Below, piece by piece: positions 51,951 through 63,063 of a stretch of 64,000 nucleotides of DNA. A program made the position numbers and the translations under genes. Under the pieces are notes generated by a model. It made no database searches. It worked only from the letters and a program-made list of their open reading frames with translations, and was not told where the DNA came from. Origin of the DNA: an uncultured delta proteobacterium (GTDB lineage Bacteria; Desulfobacterota; Desulfobacteria; Desulfobacterales; SG8-13); NCBI GenBank assembly GCA_963848135.1, contig CAWKCK010000007.1:68121-132120 (forward strand), given 5' to 3'. The stretch's first letter is position 1. Each line of letters opens with the position of its first letter.

Positions 51951-52247
51951 CTCCCCGCTTTGCGGTTCATCTTTCACATCTTTATTCTCCCATCCCAATA
52001 CTACAGCGTGGTCTTAACCGTTGACAGAACCAATGCGGTTCTGCTAAAAAAATTCATCGTATTATTCATAAAACCATGAAGCAGCGCAGGCCGGGTTGAG
52101 ACGCCTTTCGACTGATCCCTTTTCTCCGGTTCTCCTGGACGTCGCTCTCCTGAAGTGACTCACACGCCTCAATCCTGCTGCTGATCCTCCCGACCCGCGC
52201 CCGGGGCAACCCGTTTCTAAAATTCTTCCCTACACAAGGAGTGATTG

Positions 52248-55200
52248 ATGCCTTCAAACAAAAGCGGCTCGGTTATGGTAGTGGGCGCCGGTATTGCCGG
52301 TATGCAAAGTGCCATCGATCTGGCTGAATCCGGTTATTACGTCTATCTGGTGGAAAAGTCTCCTGCCATCGGCGGGCTCATGTCCCAACTGGATAAGACG
52401 TTTCCAACAAATGACTGCGCCATGTGAGTGATCTCGCCCAAACTGGTCGAGGTCGGCCGGCATCTAAACATTGAACTGCTCACGAACACCGAACTTCTCG
52501 CCCTGGAAGGAAACCCGGGGGACTTCACCGCAAAACTGCGTGAAAATCCGCGTTTTGTCGATCTTGAAAAATGCACCAGCTGCGGCGATTGCACCAAGGT
52601 CTGCCCCATCGAAGTGCCCGATGAGTACAACAAGGGCCTGAACGCCCGCAAAGCCATTTTTAAAATGTATCCCCAGGCGATTCCCGGCGCTTATGGCATC
52701 ACCAAACGCAGCGTATCGCCCTGCAAAGCCACCTGCCCGGCTCACGTCAGCATCCAGGGCTACATCGCGCTGATCAACACCGGCCAGTACGCCGAAGCTC
52801 TCAAACTCTTTAGAGACGATCACCCCTTCCCCGCCGTCTGTGGACGGGTGTGTCACCATCCCTGTGAAGGTGAGTGCACCCGCGGCGAAGTTGACCAGCC
52901 GATTGCCATCCGCGAGCTGCATCGTTTTCTGGCTGATTGGGAAATGACCCAGCCGGAACCGGTGATTCCTGAAGTGGCTGAGGCGCGACCGGAAAAGATC
53001 GCCATTGTCGGCGCGGGACCGGCGGGCCTCACCACGGCCTATTATTTGGCCAAGGACGGCTACCAGGTGACGGTGTTCGAAAAACTGCCGGTGACCGGCG
53101 GCATGATGGCGGTAGGTATTCCTGAATACCGGCTGCCGCGCGATATTCTTGCCCACGAGATCGGGGTGATCGAAAAAATGGGGGTCACCATCAAAACCGG
53201 CGTTACCTTCGGCAAAGATATCACCCTGGATAGTCTCAAAGAAGACGGGTTCTTGGCGCTCTACCTGGCCATCGGGCTCCACGGCGGCCGTGCTTTGGGG
53301 GTTGATAATGAAAATGTCGAAGGTGTGCTTCAAGGGGTAGATTTTCTACGAGATGCCGCCTTGGGTAAAGAGGTTAAAATCGGCGAAGAGGTCCTCGTGA
53401 TCGGGGGCGGTAATGTGGCCATCGATGTCGCCCTGACCGCCAAACGCAAGGGGGCCCAAAAAGTCACCCTGGTCTGTCTGGAACGACGCGAAGAGATGCC
53501 GGCTTGGGAGCATGAAATCGAAGAGGCCCTTGAGAGCGAAATCGAGATCGTCAACAGTTTTGGACCCAAAGCCTTTTTCATCGACAAGAACAAGCGTTTC
53601 TCGGGGCTGGAGTTCAAAACCTGCACGGCCGTGTTCGACGATTCGGGCCGCTTTAACCCGGAATATGACGAGGCGCAATGCGAGGCCATGTTTGCCGACA
53701 CGGTTATCGTGGCCATCGGACAAAGCGCGCAACTGGCCGATCTTAAAACCCAGGGTATTGCTGTCACCCCACCTGGCGGTCTCGAAGCCGACCCAGTGAC
53801 CTTCCAGACACCCATCGAGTGGGTGTTCGCCGGGGGTGATGCCTACCACGGCCCCAAATCGGTGGTAGAAGCTGTCGGCACCGGCAAAGAAGCCGCCGAG
53901 AGCATTCACCGGTACCTGAATGGCATGGACCTGCGCGAAGGCCGCGAAAAAACCTATGAGTTTGAAAAACCGGACATAACCGGTGAAAACCAGAAACCCC
54001 GCGTGCCGGTGCGCTGTCTCGATCCGGAGGCCCGGGAGTGCAATTTCCTGGAAGTGTCCTTCGGATATGAAGAATCGGAGGCCAAGACCGAAGCAGAGCG
54101 CTGCCTGCGCTGCGGTATCTGCTCCGAATGCTACCAGTGCGTCACGGCCTGTCTGGCCGGTGCCGTCGATCACGACCAGCAGCCGATCGAAAGAGATCTA
54201 CGGATCGGTTCCGTGATTTTGTCCACCGGCAGCGAACCCTACGACCCGGGCGCCCTGGCCGAATTCTACCAGTACAAAATCAACCCCAATGTGATGACCA
54301 GCCTGGAGTTCGAACGGATTCTCAGCGCATCGGGTCCCACCATGGGCCACCTGGTAAGGCCGACAGACGAAAAGGAACCGCAAAAGATCGCCTGGCTGCA
54401 GTGTGTCGGCTCCCGCGACACTAACCGCTGCGGCAATGGGTACTGTTCGTCGGTCTGCTGTATGTACGCCATCAAGGATGCCATGATCGCCAAAGAACAC
54501 GCTAAGGGCGACCTGGACTGCACCATATTCAACATGGACATCCGCACCTTTGGCAAGGACTACGAAAAATACTACCTGCGCGCCAAAGACCAGGAAGGTG
54601 TGAAGTTTAACAAGGCCAGAATCCACACCATCACTAACGCTGCCGAAAATGACGATCTGATCGTCAAATATGCCGATGACAGCGGTCAGATGCAGGAAGA
54701 AATCTTCAATATGGTGGTTCTCTCGGTGGGCCTGCAGGTCCCGGAAAGCTCGGGTGAACTGGCCGAACGACTGGGGGTAACCCTTGACAAATACCGCTTC
54801 ACAGCTTCCGATCCTTTTGCCCCGGTGGAAACGTCACGTGCGGGGGTATATGCCTGCGGTGTCTTTCAGGGCCCCAAAGACATCCCCGAATCGGTCACCC
54901 AGGCCAGCGCCGCTGCCGGTATCGCCGGAACAATTTTGGCCGAGGCTCGGAACACCGATACGAAGAAGCCCCAGATCCCCGATGAAAGAAATGTCACCGA
55001 AGAAGACTTGCGGGTCGGAGTGTTCGTGTGCAACTGCGGCATCAATATCGGCGGGATTGTAGACGTGCCGGCAGTAACAGAGTATGCCGCCGCACTGCCC
55101 GGCGTTGTGCACGCCGACGAGAGCCTGTTTACATGCAGCCAGGACAGCCAGGATAAAATCAAGGAGGTGATAGAAGAGAAACAGCTCAACCGGGTGGTTG

Positions 55201-56672
55201 TGGCCTCCTGCAGTCCCAAGACCCATGAGGCGATCTTTATGGACACCTTGGTGGCGGTCGGGTTGAACAAATACCTGTTCGAAATGGCCAACATCCGCAA
55301 CCAGAACTCCTGGGTCCATGCCAAAGACCCCGACGGTGCAACGAGCAAGGCCAAGGATCTCGTGCGTATGGCCGTTGGGCGGGTGACCACTCTAAAACCC
55401 CTGGCCGAAAGGACGATCCCGGTCAACAACCGCGCCCTGGTCATCGGCGGCGGCGTCGCCGGTATGAATTCGGCGCTCACCATCAGTCGCCAGGGTTATC
55501 CGGTGACGCTGGTTGAAAAGGAGGCCCTTCTGGGCGGTATGGCCCGTCGACTTCACCACACGATCGAAGGCGGAGACATCGAAGCCTACCTGAAAAAACT
55601 GAGCGGGGAAATCCAGGCCGACGAAAACATCGATGTCATCACCCACGGCATTGTCAGTGATTTTGCGGGCTATAAAGGCAACTTCAAAACCGAGGTTGAA
55701 GTGGGGCCGGATCGAAAAAAACGTGTGATCGATCACGGTGCGATTTTGGTTGCCACTGGCGCGGGAGAGTACCAACCTTCCGAGTATCTCTACGGGGAGG
55801 ATCCGCGCGTCGTCACGCAACTCGAACTCAGTGATCACCTGGAAGAAAAGGGTGCAGATGATCTGTCCACGGTCGTGATGATCCAGTGCGTCGGATCTCG
55901 CAGTGACGACTACATCGAATGTTCCCGCATCTGCTGCCAGAATGCGGTCAAAAATGCCTTGGCCGTCAAGCGGCTGAACCCCGATGCGCAGGTGTTCGTC
56001 CTCTACCGGGATATCCGCACTTACGGCTTGCTGGAAGATTTCTACACCGAGGCCCGCAAAATGGGGGTTATCTTCATTCGCTTCGACAAGGATAAACCGC
56101 CGGTAGCAACGGCTTCGGCCGCGGGGATTCTGGTGCGGGTCGAGGACCACGTCCTCAAACAGGAGATCGAGATCCAGACCGAACTTCTTGCCCTGAGCGC
56201 CGGCATGCGGGCGACCGACACATCCAACCTGGCAGGAATAATGAAACTGGGTCGCAACCCGGAAGGGTACTTCATCGAAGCCCACGTAAAACTGCGACCG
56301 GTTGACATGCCGTCCGAAGGAATGTTTCTGTGCGGCACGGCCCATGGGCCCAAACTGATCTCGGAGACCATCTCCCAGGCCCGGGCGGCCGCCTCGCGGG
56401 CAATCACCTTTCTGTCCAAACCGGAGATCAAACTGTCAGCCATCACCGCCCTGATCAACACCGACAGTTGCGTCAAATGTCTAACCTGCGTGCGTTCGTG
56501 TCCGTTTCAGGTGCCCAAATACGATGAAGACCAGCGCGAAATCGTCATCGACGAAGCCCTGTGCCAGGGCTGCGGCGTCTGCACCGCTGTTTGTCCGCGC
56601 CAGACGATTGGTCTGCGCAACTACGAAGACGATCAGCTCATGTGCAAGATCGACTGTCTGCTGGAAAATTGA
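52248..56672 (+). CDS. hdrA: HdrA-like flavo-Fe-S protein with GltD-type NAD(P)H module (HdrL type); selenocysteine at TGA 52425-52427
   Basis: GAGIAG...[12 protein letters not shown](TGA)VISPKL is in frame with the 1414-aa ORF. Contains ferredoxin motifs, [20 protein letters not shown], two CVGSR...CS.(V/I)CC motifs and a C-terminal 2x4Fe-4S. Hairpin GATCTCG/CGAGGTC follows the UGA. Confidence 0.93.
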
Positions 56673-56991
56673 CACATTAACCCGCATCTTAGCGCAACTG
56701 AGCGCTGATCTGTGACCAACAAATAGACACAGCCCAAAATGATTATCCTAAGCGGGTGGGGAATTTCCACCCGCTTTTATTTGGCACGAGCGACTTTTGG
56801 TCTTACTATCTGTTATTCAAATATAAATGGTCATTTACTTGCTGGGTACTGTTCTCAGCAATTTTCCGGTGGTATCGCTGGTTCAGAGCGCTTTGCCCGG
56901 CTAAAAGAATTTCAATATGAATAGGGCGTTCCAAAAACCATTCGCGTATGGGCTTAATAGGACCATAATCGAAAATGAAAAGGATGAGTAA

Positions 56992-57405
56992 ATGAGACAT
57001 ATAACATCAAGATTGTTTATCGCTTTTGTTGTGGTGTTCGTCGTTAGCGGCTGCGCCTCTTCGCCGTTTGCCGACGATGCGGTTTCGCGGATGAGCAAGG
57101 AAGAACTCAAGCAGCGGTTGGGTGCACCGGATCTGATCATCCTGGACACCCGGACGGGCAGCGATTGGAATGACAGTAATCAGATTATACTCGGAGCGGT
57201 GCGCGCCGAACCCAAGGAATTCAGCAAGTGGGCGGAAGCCTATCCCAAGGACGCCACCATCGTATTGTACTGAGCGTGACATGACGAATACACCAGTGCC
57301 AGGATGGCACGGCAACTTATCGGCAGAGGATACACCAAAGTGTACGCACTCAAAGGCGGCTGGATCGAATGGCAGGGTGCCAACTATCCAATGGAGAAGA
57401 AATGA
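56992..57405 (+). CDS. Rhodanese-domain lipoprotein with two in-frame TGA codons (U-A-U), a putative double selenoprotein
   Basis: Lipobox VSGC; ILDTR; IVLY-TGA-GCG-TGA-HDEYTSARMARQLIGRGYTKVYALKGGWIEW...KK*; hairpin GTGCC-AGGAT-GGCAC at 57296-57310. Confidence 0.85.
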
Positions 57406-57466
57406 TTCCCTGCGTTGAATGAAAACCAATAGCTTTTAAAATATTATTACCTTTGCTTTCTAATTT

Positions 57467-58321
57467 CTATAGGCTGCCGATTACCCTTTTTAATCTATCC
57501 GGGTTGAATTTTCGCGATACAAGCGGTCTATCAGAAAGAGCGGCAATTTGATCCGTAAAATTCGGCATTTCTTTCTGAAAAAATATTCCGATGGGTATCT
57601 TGCTTTCATCCCGGGTGGCCATCATCAAGGCTTTCTCATAATCTTCCGGATCATGCTGACTGTCGTCAAGAGGATTGACGCGCTGCTTGTACCATTGGTA
57701 AATATCCTTGGGGTTAAATGAAACACAGGGCTGAAGTATATCAATGATACTAAACCCCTTGTGTTGAATGCCCGCCTGGATCAATTCACTCAGATGTTGG
57801 CCGTTTCCCGAAAAACCTCGGGCGACAAAACTTGCCCCTAAAGAAAGGGCCAATAGTATCGGCTTCAGAGGGGTAGTTATCACACCCTTTTGCTGCATCT
57901 TGGTCACCATACCGATTTGAGCGGTTGGTGATGCCTGCCCCCTCGTCAATCCGTAAACCGTATTGTTATGAACCAGTACGGTAAGATCGATATTCCGTCT
58001 GATGGCATGCAGTAAATGATTACCCCCTTCTGCATAACAATCCCCATCGCCGGTGTTAACTACTATGGTTAACTCATGATTGGCGATTTTGGCACCTGTG
58101 GCCAATGGCAGCGCGCGTCCGTGAAGAGAATGAAAAAAATTACACTTCAAAAAATGGGGGGTTTTTGCCGCTTGTCCGATTCCTGAGACAACTAAAATTT
58201 GATGCGGTAAAATTTTTAGTTGAACCAGCGCTTCCTGCATGGCTTTCAGGATGCCGAAATTTCCACAACCGGGGCACCACTGGTTGTCATAATCGGATTC
58301 GAAGTCCTTGATACTGACCAT
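57467..58321 (-). CDS. 2-oxoacid:ferredoxin oxidoreductase beta subunit (TPP-binding)
   Basis: WCPGCGNFG, SGIGQ, HGRALPLATG, GDGD, NNTVYGLTRGQASPT and QPCVSFN motifs. Confidence 0.95.
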   Translation of the reverse strand: MVSIKDFESDYDNQWCPGCGNFGILKAMQEALVQLKILPHQILVVSGIGQAAKTPHFLKCNFFHSLHGRALPLATGAKIANHELTIVVNTGDGDCYAEGGNHLLHAIRRNIDLTVLVHNNTVYGLTRGQASPTAQIGMVTKMQQKGVITTPLKPILLALSLGASFVARGFSGNGQHLSELIQAGIQHKGFSIIDILQPCVSFNPKDIYQWYKQRVNPLDDSQHDPEDYEKALMMATRDESKIPIGIFFQKEMPNFTDQIAALSDRPLVSRKFNPDRLKRVIGSL

Positions 58322-60028
58322 GGGTTCACCTCAAATGCTCGCTGAATGTCCTTTGCAATTTCGATCGGGAAAAACGGTCGCCCATCATATTTTAAAATGG
58401 CTCCGGCGGCACGAAGACCTGTTTGCATCTGAATGATCTGCCCTAACTGCGCGCCACTATTTTGCTCTACCATGAAAAAAGACCGTGCCTTTTGAAGCGC
58501 TTCGGTGGCGAGTTGGATAGGAAAGGGCCACAGATCGCCAAAGATTACCGCTCCTACGTCAATCCCATCAGATCTTAGGATGTCAACTGCTTCTTGAATG
58601 GCGCCTTGCGTCGATCCCCAACCAACCAGAAGAACGTCGCTATCGCCGAAATAAACTTCGGGAGCCTGCATTTCATCGAGCATATCCTTTAAGCTTGGCA
58701 TTGCGCTTATCAACCATTTTTATCCGTTCAGTGCTGTCTTCGGTAATGTGACCGTCTTCAGAGTGCTCATCGCTACAAACCATGACCAGTGCTTTTCCGC
58801 GACAAGGCAGTGCGCGGGGCGACACGCCTGACTTTGTCACTTTAAAGCGTCTGTAATTGGATGGATTTTCCAAATCTTCATCGGCCGCATAAAACAATTT
58901 TACAGTCGAAGGTATGTCAAAAGACTGTTCCGTGGTGAACCATGAGTCGCAAAGCAATTGGTCAGCCAGGATGATAGCAGGCACCTGATATTTATCCGCG
59001 AGATGAAACGCACGGGCAGTGGTAGCATATGCATCGTGGACGTTTCGTGGAGCAAACACAAAACGAGGAAATTCATCTTGCGAAGCGTGGATAACAAATA
59101 GTAAATCCGCCTGTGCTGTTCTCGTTGGCAAGCCGGTGGCGGGACCCGGGCGTTGCGCGTTAATGATGACAATGGGAGTTTCGGTAATTGCAGCGAGTCC
59201 CAATGCTTCGGTCATCAGACAAAAACCACCCCCGGATGTGGCGGTCATGGCTCTTACCCCTGCGAAGGCTGCACCGATCGCCATGTTTATCGCAGCGATC
59301 TCATCCTCGGCTTGCTCGACCACCAGGGGTAAATGGTCCATCTGTTCAACGAGATGGCCCATAATACCGGTGGCCGGGCTCATGGGGTAAAAAGCCCCGA
59401 AACGACAATCTGCTGACAAAGCCCCCAAGGCGATGGCCTCGGAGCCTTCAAACAGTCTTCCTTTGGATTTGCCGGAGACGCTTTTAAAAACATCTTCATA
59501 GGCCGCCGTTTTGACGAACTGATAACCTAGCCGGGCCGCTTTCAGATTCATATTTAAAATTGCTTTAGATTTGGCGGCAAAGCGCTGCGTGAGGACCTCG
59601 TCAATGAGTTGCTTCGGCGCTCCCAGCAGTGCCAGGCATACACCTGCCGCCACGGTGTTTGACGTAATCTTTCCGCCGGCATCCTGAGCGAGCTTCTCAA
59701 AGGGTACGCCCTTCAATTTGTCATCCGTAATATTGGCGTCCTCTTCGATGAGGATAATGCCGCTCGATACGACTTCATTTTTGTGAAGCGTGTATGTATT
59801 TTGATCCAAGGCAACCAGTATGTCGATCGCATGATGCGGCGCATGAACAGGTTGATTGCTGATTCGAATTTGAATGAAGCTGTGACCGCCGCGAATGCGA
59901 GATTCAAAATCATTGATGGCCATGACGTAAAGACCGGCTCGCTGGCAAACCCAAGACAAAAGACTGCCAACCGTTTGAATACCTTGACCAGCCTCTCCGC
60001 CGATTTTAATCGTTATATCAAATGCCAT
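58246..60028 (-). CDS. 2-oxoacid:acceptor oxidoreductase alpha subunit (gamma-alpha fusion); one +1 frameshift (~58689)
   Basis: GGEAGQGI, SRIRGGHS, YPMSPAT, QAEDEIAA, TSGGGF, RPGPATGLPT and DEH, then GWGSTQG and KYDGRPF in the next frame. The 3' end is uncertain because of the overlap with beta. Confidence 0.92.
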
Positions 60029-60200
60029 CTGTTAAACCTTTCTCAAGTCAATGGTTCTTGGTCTCATGGCAAAATTATTACTTTAGAGCTTTTTTCTTTA
60101 GGGAGCTTAAAACGGCCATCATCCATACATAGGAATTACCCCAAGGTTTAGCAACCGTTTATCTTGCAGGCCTCGAAATAATATTTAAATATATCAGGGG

Positions 60201-60464
60201 TCGGGGAGTTTTTCCCGCAAATGCTGAACCAGAGCGGAGGGAGTGATCAGCAGCGAAAGCGTGCACTGTCCGAATGCATTAGGCAACTTTGGGAAAGAAC
60301 AGCGGGAACCCCGGTTATCAGATTCGGATCACAATAAGTGAATCAATCTCAACAGTTTTATATCATTATGAAATCTGTTCTTTCCTTAGGTTGCCTTATG
60401 CATGAGTTTGCGCGCTGAAGTCGCTGATTATTCCCTCCGCTACCGGATGGTGAAAACTCCCCGA
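60201..60464. repeat. Long imperfect inverted repeat (arms ~60201-60302 and ~60375-60464)
   Basis: Matching blocks include TCGGGGAGTTTT/AAAACTCCCCGA, AGCGGAGGGA/TCCCTCCGCT and GGAAAGAACAG/CTGTTCTTTCC. Confidence 0.75.
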
Positions 60465-60721
60465 GGGCTCAAATATATAGGCCATGTTTTGCTTTTCCTA
60501 TTACGCTACCGCAGACGCGCGAAAATACTAGACGAAAAAATAGGGTCAGATGGCAATACCGAACCCGTGTCATCGGAGATGATTGAATCAGTGCCGCAAT
60601 GATGCGCACAACGATACTGATACAAAGTCTTGGTTTTCTCTTGGATGAATATTCGCTACAAAATCAATACGGACATCCAACAAATGGAGTCGGTTATACT
60701 TATTTGAATGCCCTCATCTGA

Positions 60722-61279
60722 TTACAGTTTTTGACCGCCAATCCCTGAATACACCGCCTTGCATATTCCCGATACGCCCCCTTTCACGCCTTCTGGATTC
60801 TTGAAGCCTTCAGTTGACAGAAGACTTTCCATGTATGCCTTAGACGGGGCTAAAGACGTATATGCCTTGTCGACATCATTCCGGGTTTTTATCAGAAAGA
60901 GCCATCCCCGTTCATATGGATCATCGCTTATTAGTGACAACCCTTTCCGAAGGCCGTTGTTGTATTGGATGGTTCCTCCAACGGGTGGATCAATATACAA
61001 AATTTTTCACGTGATGGCAAAGACCACCGAGTCACCGGATTCGATGACGGCACCATTATCGGCTAGCTCGTCTAAGTCCTTGATCCTGCACATGAGAACC
61101 AGCGCGGGTTGGGTGAATCCGAAAACAATATCTTTGTCGTTTCTCTTGGCCCAGAGTCCCTGCTTCACGTGGTAGCGCAGGTCTATTAATTCAAGACGCT
61201 TTGGGCTTGATGCGGCTTTTCCGATCCGTGAGATTTGTTCATAAATGGCGTCTTTGAATTGTCTGTTTGGATTCTTCAT
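60722..61279 (-). CDS. Chimeric ORF: ArsR-type N-terminus fused to a GcvH/lipoyl-domain-like protein, with in-frame TGA at 61007-61009
   Basis: MKNPNRQFKDAIYEQISRIGKAASSPKRLELIDL (ArsR/SmtB start) | RYHVKQGLW...FAIT*KILYIDPPVGG...DDPYERGWLFLIK (GcvH fold). The two ORFs are in the same frame. Confidence 0.7.
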
Positions 61280-61470
61280 GTCCACCTCTCAAGTAATCAA
61301 TTAACCTATTGAATACTTACTCCAAACCACCATAAGCGTCAAGCGTGTTTCGATATGCTGTTATTCGGACGGGAAAACCGGAGCTTCACATTTGTACTTG
61401 CGATCGCTGTGTTAATGCGTTAACTTTCTGAACACTAAAAGCGTAAACTATTTGAACAGAAAGGCCGCCA

Positions 61471-62851
61471 ATGGACAGGCAGAACTTGAATCAATACTGG
61501 AAAACCGTTGTCGACACGATTCAGGACGGCGTGATGATCGTAAACCCAGAAGGCACAATAATTTCGGTCAATCGAGGATTCGAAGAAATTACCGGTTACG
61601 GACGCGATGAGGTTCTCGGCCAACCGTGCACGATCCTAAATTGCAGTTCCTGTGAGATCGCCCGTGAAAAAAACGGCTGTCATTGGTGTGTGATGTTTGA
61701 ACGCGGGAATCTGAAAAAGCAAAAGTGCCTGCTCATTCATAAAAGCGGTCGTTCGGTTCACGTCGTAAAAAATGCATCGGTCCTAAAAGATGAAAACGGT
61801 GAGGTAACCGGTGCCGTTGAGACCATGACCGATATCACCGACCTGATCGACAAGGAAACGCAACTCGAATTTTATCGCCGAGAACTTTCGGCTGAAGACA
61901 AATTTTACGGCATCATCGGCATGTCCGCACAAATGCAGCAACTGTTCGAACTGATAACCAATACCGCTCAAAGCGATGCACCGGTAATCATTTTCGGTGA
62001 AAGCGGCACCGGTAAAGAGCTAGTGGCGCAGGCTATCCACGAAGCAGGGCATCGCAGCCATAAACCATTCGTCAAGGTAAACTGTGCGGCTCTGAACGAA
62101 TCGCTCCTGGAAAGCGAGCTTTTCGGGCACGTTAAAGGTGCATTTACAGGTGCATATCGCAACCGAGAGGGTCGCTTCGAGGCTGCCAACGGCGGTGATA
62201 TTTTTCTTGATGAAATCGGTGACTTACCATTATCGACCCAGATCAAGCTGCTGCGCGTGATGGAAGACAAGATCGTTGAGCGTGTGGGTGACCAGAAGCC
62301 GATAAAAGTCAATGTGCGCACCATCTCTGCGACAAATCGAAACCTGTCGGACTTGATTCGCAAAGGTGAATTTCGCGAAGATTTTTATTACCGGATCAAC
62401 GTCATACCCATCCGCGTACCGGCGCTGAGAGAGCGTCAGCGATGATATACCGTTGTTGGCCAGATCTTTCTTCAACCGTCTTCGGCTCAAAAGCGGTAAA
62501 AATATCAGAGGGATATCCAACGCCACCTTGGATGTTATGCTGCGATATAAATGGCCCGGCAATGTCAGAGAACTCAAAAGCGCCCTCGAATTCGCTTTTG
62601 TTTCTTGCCAGAACGCCAACATAAACCCGGAACATTTGCCCTTTAAACTGACCGGCATCGACATTCCTCAGGATCAGGAGTTGCTCGCCGATAATTTGGC
62701 CGACATAAAAAAACAGCGTCTTATTGCGGCATTGCGCTCAACCGCTGGCAATCAGTCCAAATCGGCCAGGATATTACGCATGTCCCGCACCAGCGTCTGG
62801 AAACAAATGAAACAGTTCAATCTAAAACCAGAAGACTTTAAAACCGTCTAA
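61471..62851 (+). CDS. PAS-domain sigma-54-dependent activator; one +1 frameshift (~62439)
   Basis: PAS with C-x4-C-x3-C...C-x2-C, GESGTGKE, GAFTGA, FREDFYYRI, then WPGNVREL and HTH (NQSKSARILRMSRTSVW) in the next frame. Confidence 0.9.
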
Positions 62852-63063
62852 GGGTGGTACGATAATTGCTGTGCATTATAGCTGAGTAAGCCTGGCTTTA
62901 CCTCCATTTTGCCACGACACTTACTCATTCATCCAAGACCCCAGCCCTCAGGGGCCGCTCCCTAAGGGCTGGGACTTTTATGGCGTTATCGTTATTCCCC
63001 GGAAAGAAAGTCACCTGTTATAGGGATAACGTCGCATATTTTTAGGATTCAGGAGAACACCGA

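Noticed and set aside
52464-56476. Long antisense ORFs opposite hdrA (and similar ones opposite TAXI, spoIIE and copA)
   Set aside because: These are typical reverse-frame shadows of GC3-rich coding sequence, with no independent coding signals.
2229-61009. Reassigned genetic code (UGA = Trp or Gly)
   Set aside because: Many genes end cleanly at TGA (e.g. 16178, 23155, 44343, 57405). In-frame UGAs are few and mostly at Cys-type positions.
62960-63050. Sigma-54 promoter for the Tat Fe-S gene
   Set aside because: Candidate GG...GC pairs have 9-nt rather than 10-nt spacing.
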